Below, one piece after another: positions 40,614 to 53,940 of a stretch of DNA of 59,569 nt (positions are counted from its first letter, which is position 1; every line of letters starts with the position of its first letter). Source of the stretch: Conidiobolus incongruus B7586 (Eukaryota). The notes below the pieces were generated by a model. That model was not told the origin of the DNA and did not search any database. It saw only the letters and a list, made by a program, of their open reading frames with translations. The translations under genes were made by a program, and so were the position numbers. The stretch covers positions 1 through 59,569 of the forward strand of contig JNEM01010760.1 of assembly GCA_000697335.1 (NCBI GenBank), written 5' to 3'.

Positions 40614-42172
40614 TTTTTTCCTTAGCTTATATACTTCTCACAATAATTAAGATAACTAAAAGGAATTTCACCAACTTAAAGTTTAGGAGTTTGATAATAA
40701 TGAATAGTACGAAAAATCTTCTAGTTATAAGCCAAGAAAAAAGTTGTAACTTATAGACATATTATCATATGGTTTATAAATATTAAATTCTTTAAATATT
40801 ATTAAGTTTAAAAACAATTTTCTGTTACAAATCTTTGACAATTATTCATAATATTTTGAATGACCATATGACTTAATATGATGTATATGAGATTTTCAAA
40901 AAATTTAATTCTGAAGATACTGTTAAAATATAACAAACTATAAAACTATTATAAAAATCTTTCAAATCATGAATATAATATTCAAAGAAATTTTACATAT
41001 GAAATCAATATCATTTTTTTAAATTTATGAATTTTATTGATTAACTAATACTATATCTATTTCCAAAATTTAATGATTTGGTTTATTATTCAAATTTTAA
41101 ATTAGTTTATTGTATTCATATTTAAAGCATATAATTCCCAATATTTTCAATACTGTTCTTAAATATCAAACTATTTCAATCATTGAACCAAATCATATTT
41201 TAAATATTACATCACTTTATAACTTTCTTTAACTGAAATTTTCAAATCTGTAATTAATTTTATTTTCAGAAATATTGAACTAGTAATTAAGGACTTCATA
41301 TAAATGATTCAATTTTAAGACGATCCTGATTATGTGGTTATACAGGATTATAAAAATATAATTTTTTAATAATGACTTTCCTTTTGTATGATTATAATTT
41401 ATTTTATTATATTGAATGCAAAATTTGAACAAAATTATTTTAAAAATCTGGATTTCATCATTGATTAAATGATTGATAATGAGTCAGTATTGAAAATTTT
41501 GTATCCAATAAATTACATAATTAATGGATTATATTCTATCTGTCCCTATAATATATTCGCTAAAATTATATTGCTATCATAATATTTATCTAAATCTCAA
41601 TATAAATCTTAGAACTCAAATCAATACTTTTAAATTGAAAGATTTGATATCAATATATTTTTTATAACGTTAGAATGATCTTATAACATTTATAATAACA
41701 ATATATATTACCTCAAGTCAATTTACAATTCATTAAACTAGTATTATACAAACTGAATGTATAATAACATATATATATGTTATTCACCAAATGAAACAGG
41801 ATTTAATAATATATATCATTAAATGTGTAAATTGATATATTCAAATAATAAATCCAGCACAATACTTTTTAATTTATATTTTTTAACCTGATTTTATAAT
41901 TAGATGAGAATATTAATTTTAGTTCTATTATCCCAATTATAATAAATTAATATCTCAGTATTTAAAATAAATTTTATAACACGTTGAGCAAATAAATCAA
42001 TAGAATAAATAGTTTACATTCATTTTTAAAATTACATAATGATAAATTTCTCAATTAAAAAATTTTGGTTCAAATATTTTGAATTTCAATTTGGTTATTA
42101 AATAATTTAGTGAATAAAATGAATTAGAGTGAAAGATGAAGATTGAAAATATAATGACTGATAAAATATGAT

Positions 42173-43981
42173 CTAATGGCATCTGTCATCGACATTGTTC
42201 TTAGTAATCCAGCCATGTTCCGTTTCGACACTCCTTCTATAGCACTGTTGCTTAGACTCCAACTTATTGAAATAGTTAACACTACCTTTACTACGACCAT
42301 CGACCACAGGAGGTTGGTTAGGTCTTCTACCAAACGTACCAACATTATGCTGAGTTAAGCTCAACTCTTTCATCAGCTTAATACCTACGTAATCTCTGTT
42401 GAACACTTCACCCGTCATTTCAGCATCGATTAAAAAACCTTTGTCAGGATATGATTGGTAGCTCGTTTGACCGTAAAATCGCCATTTGTTTTGGTGAGCT
42501 TCTCTGAAAAGCTCCTTAATCTCGTAGGATTCCTCTTCCTCTTGGAATCGGATACTGTCTGGGAAGAATAAGAATCTGGTTTCTGTGACTATATTGACTG
42601 AGAAGTCGTAGATTTGTTTATCGGTGTTGTTGTAGAATTGGAGGTCGTGATTGAAGATAAGTTTACGAGCAGTTTCGACGCGAATGCGGCCGTTGGGTTG
42701 ATCGATGAATCCCTTTTGAAAGTAGATGCGGTTGACATTAGTTTTGAATCGGTAGATATTGTCATTGAAGGTAGTTTGTACTTTGGGAGTGATAGGGAAT
42801 TTGAGAGTACTGGAACTGATTATTCCCGTGTTATCTCCTATTCCATCATCGTTGTACCACAAGTGCAAGTTACCAGTCACGAACCAATGAGAATCACTGG
42901 GAGAGACCAATAGCTCGATCTCACTGTTTTTCTTTTTGATTAATTCTCCAACAAATTGAGATAGTTCAAATCGAATTGGATCGGTGTTAAATGATCCTAT
43001 ACCACTAATGGGACGCCATAAAGTGGGAGCAACACCACCTGTGAAGACTACAGGGAAAGGCCAACCTACACCAGCTGGAATGCCATTTACAGATACTTGC
43101 ATTTCACGTAATGGGCCATATCTAGGCTGATTGTGATCCTGAGCAAAATCATCAGGAGTATTAAATTGATAAAACTCCTCATTACCATGCCCAGTAATAA
43201 AAACTTCCAATACAGCCCTTTGAACATTTTTAGGAATTTCTGGGAGTTGAAATTTAACAGGTTTGTTATGTTCCATAGTAAACCAAGGTTCAACATTACT
43301 ACCAAATTGCGAAATACCCAAAATCGTATCCGCAGGTCTCTGATAAACCGATTTCTTGGAAGAATTAGGCATTTGCAAATAAATTTCCAACTTTAAATCG
43401 ATTAAAAAGCTTCCAGTATAAACTTCGTTCATCACGTTATTTAAACTCACGGTAACAGTTCTTTCAGATTGCAATAAACTACTATATCGCGTAGCATCCA
43501 CCGAAAATTGCCACGTGATCCCGTCTTCCGTGGGCTCAGCCGTGCTCGTTCTCAAGATTTCGATACCGTCTATCCATACCGCAGAAATTCTGTCGTATTG
43601 GCGGCCTTTGCTATATCCTTTCCAAGTCAGTACTACCTTTTCAATTTTCTTACCTTGACACTTGGCATCTGGCTTATATTGACCTACATATGGCTTATAG
43701 TAACTATTTTGAAATTCGTGATGCATCAGATCAATTTCGCAGTCCGGCTTACGACCTTCTGGCCTCTGTACTGGAGTGATAGCCAACTCGAAAGGTGATT
43801 CATAACTATATCTAGTTTGGTTACCAGTACCGCTTGTAGCTCCAATGCTATCGGAATTCATTATTGAACTTCCTCCTTCGTAAGCGTACTTATTATAAAT
43901 ATATTCCCTATGATTTTTGGATTGAACCAAATTAATGTGAACTGCTATAATCAATAAATGAAATGATTTTAATAATCTCAT
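42173..43981 (-). CDS. Secreted peptide-N4-(N-acetyl-beta-glucosaminyl)asparagine amidase A (PNGase A family), 602 aa
   Basis: The first ATG is at 43981 (the track starts at a TTG). Signal-peptide-like MRLLKSFHLLIIAVHINLVQS, and family motifs GRQYDR, EILRTSTAEP, GHGNEEFY, GPLRE and PFPVVFTGGVAPTLWRPI. Confidence 0.92.
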   Translation of the reverse strand: MRLLKSFHLLIIAVHINLVQSKNHREYIYNKYAYEGGSSIMNSDSIGATSGTGNQTRYSYESPFELAITPVQRPEGRKPDCEIDLMHHEFQNSYYKPYVGQYKPDAKCQGKKIEKVVLTWKGYSKGRQYDRISAVWIDGIEILRTSTAEPTEDGITWQFSVDATRYSSLLQSERTVTVSLNNVMNEVYTGSFLIDLKLEIYLQMPNSSKKSVYQRPADTILGISQFGSNVEPWFTMEHNKPVKFQLPEIPKNVQRAVLEVFITGHGNEEFYQFNTPDDFAQDHNQPRYGPLREMQVSVNGIPAGVGWPFPVVFTGGVAPTLWRPISGIGSFNTDPIRFELSQFVGELIKKKNSEIELLVSPSDSHWFVTGNLHLWYNDDGIGDNTGIISSSTLKFPITPKVQTTFNDNIYRFKTNVNRIYFQKGFIDQPNGRIRVETARKLIFNHDLQFYNNTDKQIYDFSVNIVTETRFLFFPDSIRFQEEEESYEIKELFREAHQNKWRFYGQTSYQSYPDKGFLIDAEMTGEVFNRDYVGIKLMKELSLTQHNVGTFGRRPNQPPVVDGRSKGSVNYFNKLESKQQCYRRSVETEHGWITKNNVDDRCH

Positions 43982-45049
43982 AATAAATTTCAATTATTTT
44001 TTCATTAAATTTGGGATCAGGAGTAGGTAATTAATGTATATTGGTTTTGATAAGACATTGAAAACATTGTCATCTTTTTATATTGGTTAAATGGAACGGT
44101 CGCTGTTGATTTGAATTATGGAAAATTCATATCTATAATTCAAGATTCTTTTTTAATTCAGTTTAATTAATTTGTTGAGATTTTTAATTTAACTCTTTTG
44201 ACTCTTCAATTACGTTTTAAATTTAATTATTTCTAAGAAATATTTTGCAAAAAATTAATATTTCACATATATTGTAATTATGTTTGTATATGGAGAAATT
44301 TTTTGAAATATATATATATATATATATAGTTACTGAATTGAGTTCTTTTTCAATTTAAAAATTCATTATTAAATTTAAAAAATAATTTAATTTAGATTTA
44401 TAATGGTTTAATAATATATTATATATTTTATATTTTTGATTTAACTCTCGTATTTTAAATAATTTGAATTATTTGTAATTTTTTGGTTTTTTTTATTAGC
44501 TATTGGATTGATATATTCATTGTACCATTAACTAATACTTGAATCAAAAAGAATAATTATGCAATTATTATATATATATATTTAAAGCTGTAAAGATATT
44601 CCAATTGAGATGAATCCAAGTTATAAAAAGATATAAATATTTTCATAGTTTTATCTTTAATAGACACTATTTGTCACTTTTTAAATATTTGAAATCGTTT
44701 TATTTTAACTGATTCAGATTACTAATATTGATTTCTGTGATTATTTAGTTATAATGGTTGAAATTCAATATCACTTAAAATAACCTGATTTTTCTCTGAA
44801 TTAAAAATCATAATTGATAAAATTCACAGACTATTTGTATTTAATATGGACTAGTGATATTATTCAATTTTATAAATTGATATATTAATAAGAGTTATAA
44901 TTCAATATTATCTCACTCAAGTCTTTTTTTAAATGATAATATTAATAATAATAATATTAGAGTTAAAATTTTATTTTATAAAGAATTGAAATATACTTAT
45001 AATTGTTATTATTCAATGGTTATATAGTTTTGGATTATTTATTTTATAT

Positions 45050-46330
45050 TTTAAATTTTTTTAACAAAATATTATAATTTGTGAATATAGTAAAAAGTGG
45101 ATACCTAATGTAAAGTAGTATTAAAAAATATATTAGAACTAATATAACCTAATATTTAACTAAATATTACTTTGTAATTTAAATAATAGGAATTTTTTAT
45201 AATTGAAAAAAATATTTTAATATATAAAAAGTAAAAATAAATATATATTATAAAATTAATAATTTCTTTTATTTTTATTAACTTTTTATTATATTTTTAG
45301 AAAAAGATCTAATACTTAAAAAATAGTTTTTTTATTAAAGATTGAAATTTAATATTATATAAATTAATTATATTTTTTTTCAGAAATTTTCTTTTTTATA
45401 AGCTAATTTTTTAATTACCTAAAATAATTATAATTACATAGGTTATAATCTAAAGAATATATTAGATATGGTATTTTTTTCTAGTTGTTCTTAATTAGAA
45501 AGTTTTTTGCAACTTTAGATTTATATATTTTATAATTATCATATAAAATAATAAGTTTTCTTAGATTATATTAAAAATACTAATTAGAAATAGTTTTATT
45601 TAAAAAACATATAAAGTTTATTATTAATTAATTTTCCTTTAAAAACTAAATAAGAATAGCATATACTATTATAATCTATTACAACAATTAACATTTATTT
45701 ATTAATAAAGTGTTTATTTAAAGGAATTTGTAGAAAAAGTTGATTTCACTTAATCTAACATTTTGATTTATATTTTAACAAAGGATTATACAAAAGAATT
45801 TAAAATTCATCAATTGTAATAATTCATTATAAAAGCTTTGGTTTCTAACTATACCTTAGTAAGTTTTGTTTAACAATAGCTATTCTAACTTTTTTTAAGC
45901 TTTAGTTAAATTATAAGATACTTATTTTATATTTTTATTAATTTAATTTAAACTTTAATATATATATAATACTTATATAATTAATATTAAAGTATCTTAA
46001 TAATTCTTTAACTAAAATAAAAAGGTATTTTTTAATATGTTTTTTTATTTTATTAATAAGTAAAAAAATAATAGTTAAAATTAGTTTTTTAAATTTTAAT
46101 AAGTTTTAAGTAGTTTTTGTTTTATCTTTAAAATAATTTACTTAACAATAAATTGTTCATTTAGATAATATTTTATTATTAAAAGCTACTTATAAATTTT
46201 AAATGATTTTAAAGGGTTTATAGTTAAGTTTTACTAATACTAAAATAAAAAACTTTTGATGGTTATTATTTAATATAAGTATAATTAAATTAAACAATTA
46301 ATTTTAAAAAATTAATTTTTTAATCAAAAA
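45050..46330 (-). mobile_element. mariner-type transposon relic, hypermutated (boundaries approximate)
   Basis: Minus strand reads NL*VAFNNKILSK*TIYC*VNYF (about 46130-46200, =DLQ.AFGDE.LSERTIY.WV..F) and IPYLIYSLDYNLCNYNYFR*LK (45410-45475, cf. HP.YSPD..PCDY..FG.LK). Confidence 0.8.
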
Positions 46331-48266
46331 AATTATTATTATTATATATATATAATTCAAAACTATTTATTTTCCTATTTGTTTTATATATTTTTTTTAT
46401 TTGTAACTAATAATATGTTTGAAAAATCAGAAATTAAAAAATTTCCCATTTTTTTAATTCTATAGTAATATATCTCTCACTTTATTTTTTAGTTATAATT
46501 ATATTTTTGATAAAAGCTTTTTCAAATCTAACTCAATCTTATGATGATCCTTCAATTATCATTTCAAATATTTATTATTAAGCTATTTTAATTTATAATC
46601 AATATCAATATTCACAATCAATATATTCCATCAATATTGGTTAATATTGTTTTCTCCTTTATTTTCATTAACTATTCACATGAACAAAGCCCAATCTACA
46701 CTATAACAAAATCAAGTCAGTTTAATAATTAAGTTAAAGCTCAAAGATAAAATACACAATAATGATCATAATTCTATGTAATTTCTTTTTGATAATATAA
46801 ATCATAATATTTAATTCATAGCATAATTTTGATATTAATACAATTACAAAGTTACAAATTTTCAAATTTTTTAATTCAATAAAAGAATCATTAAATTGAA
46901 ATAGTGACTTTCAATATTAATATTTATTTTTTAAAATTTTACTCTGTTTTGGAAAATTTTAAATTTAAATAAAGAATAATAGTTTAATTTTAATTTGACC
47001 CAAAATAAAATTTAAAAGGCATAGTCAGTTTATATATTTAGTTGTATTTTACTAATTCCAAGATTGAAAAATATATGGCAAGATTAAATAAAAGGTAACT
47101 ACTGGGGGAAACCACGATATATCAATAATATTTTTCCCTACGAGTACTATATTCGACATCAAATTCATTATTAAATCAATGATTATTTCGATGCTTTGTA
47201 TTAAATTAAAAAAATGACACAGGTTAATATATTTATTGTCTTTTCTTTTTATTAGGAAGTATATCAACTAGGTAAAACTCGCGATCATGTTCTAATATAG
47301 AAAAATTTTGGCAACCACTCATTAAATTTAATAGATGGCTATTAATATATGGAGGTTTTACTTGTATAACATTAAAACTAAAAATCCTGAAATTCGTTGA
47401 TCTTTAATAATTTTTACCAACCAAAGTAAATTATTTGTTAACAAGTATTATAGTATTGTTTAAATTGTTATTAATTGATCATCAATATAGTTTATTAACA
47501 AATTTAATTACTTATTAATGCATTGTATACTATTATGTATTATTAATTATATGGACTTAATGTCCTATTTTTTCATCAAATAGTCAAATAATTTTCAAAT
47601 ATTCAAAGCTAAAGATTAAATTTCGAATTTATCTTAATTCATAACTTTATTTGAAAATAATATATTTATACAAGAATAGTTTAATTCGAAATAATTTAAA
47701 TATCAGCAAATAAAATTATATGAAAAAATTTTGATATTTATTAAAAATTCTATTGTATCGTAATATAAGATAATGTGGAATAAAATTATTTCATCATATG
47801 ACATAATTTTCATATATCTCTAAATATATGTATATATGTATATGTTTAAACACCGCATTCACTAAATTAAGCATTATAGAATTAAGAAAATTCTTGAGGG
47901 AATTAAATGTCGTAATTTTAATTTTAAATTTCGATATCTTTAGAATGTTAACAGTATTTCATAATATCCTCTATCTCAATCCAATCAAATAGATTAGAGT
48001 TTGTGACGTAACGAATTTTGTTTAGGATGTCGTGATTCTTTTAAAATTTGGCGTATATTAATTCTTTAAATTGATTAACGATACGTTTGACCGCTTAATA
48101 TTCGCATAAAAGAGAAACTATGTTTTAGAATGACTATATATGACAGTTTTTTTGCCTATTATTCGAAAATATCCCATAAATAGTAAGTCACGAAAAAGTA
48201 TTCAAAGTCATAAGGGTGACCTAAATAAAAAATTCACATTAAAGGGTAATTCATTAATTCATAAAT

Positions 48267-48932
48267 ATGCCTCAAGAACGTCTTCGTTTAGGTTCTGTCG
48301 CCCCCAACTTCGACGCTGAAACTACCATCGGCCACATTAATTTCCACGAATGGTTAGGCAACTCCTGGGGTGTTCTTTTCTCTCACCCTGCCGATTTCAC
48401 TCCTGTCTGTACCACTGAATTAGGTCAAGTTGAAAAGTACAACAAGCAATTTCAAGAACGTGGCGTCAAGGTTCTCGCCGTTAGTGTTGACAGTATTGAA
48501 GACCATTACAAATGGATCAATGATATAAACGAAGTCAATGGTGTTCAAGTTGGCTTCCCTATTATTGCTGACAAGGACCGCAAAGTCTCCACCTTATACG
48601 ATATGTTAGACCACGAAGATCACGATCCAACTAACATTGTCCAAGGTCAGCCTCTTACTGTCAGATCTGTCTTCATCATCGATCCCGCCAAAAAGATTCG
48701 TTTAACTTTCACCTACCCAGCCAGCTGTGGAAGAAACTTTGACGAAATCATCAGAGTTATTGACTCTCTCCAATTGAGTGACAGACATCCTGTTACCACT
48801 CCCGCTAACTGGAAAGTTGGCGACCGTGTCATCGTTCACCCCAAGGTAAGCGATGCTGAAGCTAAACAACAATTCCCTGAGCACGAAGTCTTGAAGCCTT
48901 ACCTCAGACTCACTCCTCAACCCAAGAACTAA
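48267..48932 (+). CDS. PRX1: 1-Cys peroxiredoxin (Prx6/Prx1 type), 221 aa
   Basis: FSHPADFTPVCTTELG active-site motif, YPASCGRNFDEIIRVIDSLQL and TPANW. Confidence 0.96.
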   Translation: MPQERLRLGSVAPNFDAETTIGHINFHEWLGNSWGVLFSHPADFTPVCTTELGQVEKYNKQFQERGVKVLAVSVDSIEDHYKWINDINEVNGVQVGFPIIADKDRKVSTLYDMLDHEDHDPTNIVQGQPLTVRSVFIIDPAKKIRLTFTYPASCGRNFDEIIRVIDSLQLSDRHPVTTPANWKVGDRVIVHPKVSDAEAKQQFPEHEVLKPYLRLTPQPKN

Positions 48933-49847
48933 ACTCTTGCCCACGGTGGTTCATTTAGCATTATAGTTGTTAATAAATCTAACTTATTTTATTAGGATAC
49001 ACATACATTTAATCTTATTACTGATCAAGTATAGCTTAATTGATTATATCTAACATCGTCTAGATACAGGACGATCTGTTAAATTGGGTAATCGTATGAT
49101 AATGTTATATTTTCGAAGTGTTAGGTAAGGAAATACTAATATAATACCTTATCAAATGAATCCAACTTGTCACCTACAATAAAACTTAACATTATCTCAA
49201 CTACACCTCTCAAGAATTTCATTAGATTTGCATGTGGTTTCATATACAAATAATTGATATCTAATTCAATGACGTGATCTATTTCAAAGATTAATCCACT
49301 AGAACCTGTTCAACTATTACAATTTATACTCAACCCATATCTAATCAAGTCAGTTTTCAAAAGATTAATATTCATAGTTAACCAAATTTAAATCAATCAA
49401 ATCTAGCATGTTATATCAAATATTTAATTTCTATTTTACAAAGTTTACGAGTTTGACACAAATATTATAAACATAATGTATATAAAATAGGTTAATATAT
49501 TTCTAATATTGTATAAAATCGAGTATGCCAATAGTTTCATAAAGGAATTTTAAATTTTTCAATTAACATTAAAATTGATACACTGAAATTATGTCAATAA
49601 TGATAATTTATTCTGATTTGAATTAAGATAGCAATATTTTATATATATTATAAAGTTAGTGAAATATTCCTTCAAAAGAGAATCATTTTGAAATTTTATT
49701 TAAAATTTTAATTTAAAAATTAATTATTAAATTATATAAAAATTCAATTAAATATTAAAATACAATTTAATTAATATAATCATTTAAATCATTTAAAAGA
49801 TCCACATTTATTACCAATAGCCATAATTTAACAGAATATTATGATAT

Positions 49848-50165
49848 TGTCATGGGCCGGAGGACCCGTTCGTCCTTAACAATTCAATTCATTCGAGAAC
49901 CCCGTCACAGATCAACCTGCAAAGTGACCACAAAATACACCCGAGCAATGCAATCAATCGTTACATCCGACGTACGGTTCGTACGCTGGGAAGACACGTC
50001 AAGCAAGCTATAAATATGCCGATTACAACCAAGTTATCACGTCGGTCCTCTTCCTAGGGTACAGCCCAATAATCCAGGTTAAACAATAAATTACCCCTTT
50101 TATATCACCAAACAGGTGCCGTCCCGGAAGACGACTATTTACTTAAAAGTTATTGGACACTTGAC
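49848..50165 (+). mobile_element. Solo-LTR-like GC/CpG-rich island (~315 bp)
   Basis: Starts TGTCA and ends ...GGACA(CTTGAC), with internal TATAAATA (about 50009) followed by AATAAA (about 50085) and sharp compositional borders. No target-site duplication was found. Confidence 0.6.
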
Positions 50166-50168
50166 TTC

Positions 50169-50536
50169 TCAGCCAGTGTCAATATTATCTCTCAGGTACT
50201 GAATAACACTCTCATTTTTTACTTCATCGTTTACAATGCCATACAATCCAATGACCAAATTTTGTTTAGCTTTGATACATATAACTTCATCATATTGTTT
50301 ACCAAGGATCATTCTATGATCATTACGTACAAAATCATGTTTGCAGCTGTTAATTTCGATTTCTTGCATATAGAGTCAGTATGGATTGTTGTAAACATTG
50401 TAAATTAATATAGCTTTTTTTGAGAACATTGAAAAATCATTCCTGGATGCTAATACTTACATAGTATTGGTGAAGATTACAACCTTAGAAAATCATTTTT
50501 CCTATTATAGTCTGTAATTTGACTATTATAATCCAT
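50169..50536 (-). pseudogene. Profilin pseudogene
   Basis: MDYN.../FSKVVIF...VLASRNDFS/AILIYNVYNNP...RNDHRMILGKQYDEVICIKAKQNLVIGLY aligns with profilin (cf. 57366). It has stops and frameshifts in the 5' half. Confidence 0.75.
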
Positions 50537-51880
50537 ATTTTACTAAATTTAATCTGTATTAAAATAAATATAATTAACTCTATTGAGCATTAAGTATTAT
50601 TCATAAACCTGTAGCAAAATCTTTTTGATTATAAAAAATGAGGATCATACATATGATTAATCATAAATTTTAAATCAATTCCTCTCAGTTGATTAAAGCT
50701 AATCATATGTTAAAAGATTACAAATATTAACAGGTCAAAAAGAAATATTTAATGAATATAAAAATTAAAAATTATCAATAAATAATTCTCTACTTAAATA
50801 ATTATTTAGTTTATAATCATAATCCTGTTTTAAATAATTCTAGTGTTAATATTTTTAATTAAAGTTAATAATATCAATTTTTTCATTATAGTGCCCAATT
50901 ATTATGGAATCAGAATTATAATTTATATTAATATTAATATATATTATATTTATATTGAATAATTAAATTTATTACTCAAAGTTTATAATAACATATTTTT
51001 TAATATCAATTAATACTCTAAATTTCTTTATAAAATTATAAATTATGGCACATTAATTTTGCACTATTTATCCTGAGCAATTTTAATAAAACTTTTGACA
51101 TTTAACAGTTTACGTGGCATTTATTTCAGCCTGAATGTATTTATTAATAATTGAAAATATTGATAAATGTTTATTTTTGAAATTTTGGATTAAAATTGAA
51201 GTAATTGATTAATTATTATTTCCATTTATATGATGCTGCTATAGTGATGTGATTCAATTTTAAATCGAATATCATATAATCAAATAATATTCTTAAATAC
51301 TATAACAATATTGATGGAAATAATGAAAAATGTCAAAAACCCTAAAATTATCAATTTTTCAGTATATTGGATATGATGATAAAAAATAAAAAATAAAAAA
51401 TAAATTATTAGTATTCAGTATACTTTGAATATATTCCTGCATTAATTAGAATGAACATTTACATTAACTCTTAAAGTCAGTTTACATATCAATAAATATG
51501 CTATCATTATATTGTGAGTTAAATATTTAATATATTTTTCCTTACATTCTAGTTTAATAATCGTTTGTAATTAATTATTAAATACAATCAAATGTAACTA
51601 CGATTATGAAATATTTAGTACCAAGAAATTATTTCTCGTAATAAGGATTAAGTTATTGATATAATATAAATAATTGATGAAAGAATATAATCACAATTAT
51701 TATTATTATAATTATGTCTTTTAAAACTATAGCATAATATTTTTGACTTTTGAACTAAGTTAACTATATTAACCACTATCAATTGAACAAAATTTAAACT
51801 TTTGAAAATATTTATACTGAATTATTTTTTTACTGATAATGTTTTTTATAAATAGCTGGCAAAATATATTCACAATAAAA

Positions 51881-52410
51881 TTAACTCTTATTATCTCCCC
51901 CATTGTGAGAAGGTAACAAACTCCAAAAAAAGCGTCCCAAATAATACAGAACAAAAAAGGTTCCGTCAATGACCAATATCGTTAATAGTAACAATTTGGT
52001 TCTGGGACTCGTTACTACGTTTTTTAATCGATTGTTCGTTCTTGATAAATTGGTGCCAAAATTGTCCATTTGATTTTCCTATTGTATTATTAGTATTGAA
52101 ATTTAATGTTATATATAATGACAATTGAGAGTATTACTGTATCATCTAATAATCTATTTTGACTTCCTACTTCGTCGTGAATATCAATAGTAACCTAAAT
52201 AGCAAAAATTAATTTCTTTAATAAAGAAAAGAAATAATGTAATTACTCTGTGGAGTGCACTAGCTTGCTCAGCCATCTGCTCCAATCTACGATCATTTTG
52301 ACTTTGATAGATACTAGCGTCTGAATTAAAATTATTTCTACCTCTAAAATAATTATTTAATAATTTATTTTTATCATAATATTATTTAATAAAATTTACC
52401 TATTTGACAT
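51881..52410 (-). CDS. Bet1/Sft1-like Qc-SNARE, 120 aa, 4 exons
   Basis: Exons 52400-52410, 52247-52343, 52138-52194 and 51881-52078 are in frame (363 nt): ...SQNDRRLEQMAEQASALHRVTIDIHDEVGSQNRLLDDTENQMDNF... followed by a C-terminal TM anchor. Confidence 0.88.
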
Positions 52411-53940
52411 AATATTTAGATTTTAAATATATTTAAAAAATTAAATGATAGTTAATCTTAGATATATAATTAATATAATTATAAATGAAAAATTGATTGA
52501 ATCAATGATATTATTTAAATTGAGATTCTTAACGGGAATATTTAAATTGTGAATGAGTACTTGTTTTAATACTTTTATTTGAATGAATTGAGATTATGAT
52601 TTATGGGTTTAGTATTTCTTAAAATAAGGGTTTTGTTTAAGAGTAAAATAAAGTTTTTGAATTATGTTAAATCAAATTTTTCTAAAAGTATAGGGGTTAA
52701 ATTTTGCATTAGTTAATTCAAATATTATTATAATTTGGCGAATAAATAAAGTTGAATCTGATCAAAGTCCTTGGAAAATTACAAATATAAACACAATGAG
52801 TGGTATATGAGACAAGTGATAGAAAACCAAGGTTTATTGAGCAATGCGCCTCTCTTGAATTACCTTCTAAAAGTTATTGGACAAGTCAAAAATAAAGACA
52901 TTATTACAGCATTTATATTGATGACTCAAAATATGAAATCGGTATACATCACTGAAAGTAGTGTCACAATAATATATAATTATATAATAAAGTGTAGCAT
53001 GTATAAAATGCGTAGCGCGAGTACCATATTAAATATATCTCGACAGTAAGTGGTTATCGGATTAGCTATCATATAAAATTCAACAATAAAATTGAAAATG
53101 TAAATGCAAAATAGTATATTATGGTTTGGATAAAATGTTGAAGGTTAGTGTTTGTATGATTGATGTATGAGGTTAGGGGTTGGATTGACAAGTTATTATT
53201 TTAATATTCACGCTTAAGATTTGAGTTCGAGACAAGGTTAGAGTGCTCAAATATGATAAAAAATTATGTCCAGAATTAAAGTTGAGAATTAAGAGTTAGG
53301 TCTATGAATATCTGTTTATTGGCTTATTAGAGCTCGGTTGAGTTATAATTAGAAGAGCTGTAAATTTTTAGAATAATTTTATAAATTTTAATTCTATTAT
53401 TCCAGATTTCCATTAATATAGTAATTAATCAGCTCTAACATACCTTGATTTGGAATATTTGAATTAGATTTCATAGATGTTGATAGCTAAACCGGAAAAA
53501 ATCATTTTAAGTCATTCACTAGATACAGTTAAGAACGTGACTGATAATAAGAATATTTAAAAAAATATGAATAGATACAGTAATTTTAACCAATAAAATA
53601 TAAAAACCTGATAAAAATATAGTTTGAATTACAAAAAATAATATAAAACATAATATTATAGAGATAAAATCAAATTGATTTAGAGAAATATGAATTGAAC
53701 GAAGATCATAGAGTATGATCAATTTCCTCAAAGTACTCCAAATCCATGATTTCAATTAACCCCATTAAGCAAATTGGAGAAAATTCATTGTTAATTCTTT
53801 TTGATTTGGAGTAGCCTATAGTGTTTTCTAGGCAGTCTAATTTCATTTTCACTTTTAGTACTCCATTAAATATATAAATAACTGTTAATCTTTAATTGGT
53901 GCATGTTTTTTTAAAAATTGATTGAATTTTGGAATAGTTG

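Noticed and set aside
4277..53755. Isolated 60-90 aa AT-rich ORFs (4277, 17894, 25651, 26250, 38745, 47052, 52771, 53519)
   Set aside because: Their I/L/F/K/N-biased composition is expected by chance in very AT-rich DNA, and they have no motifs or splice support.
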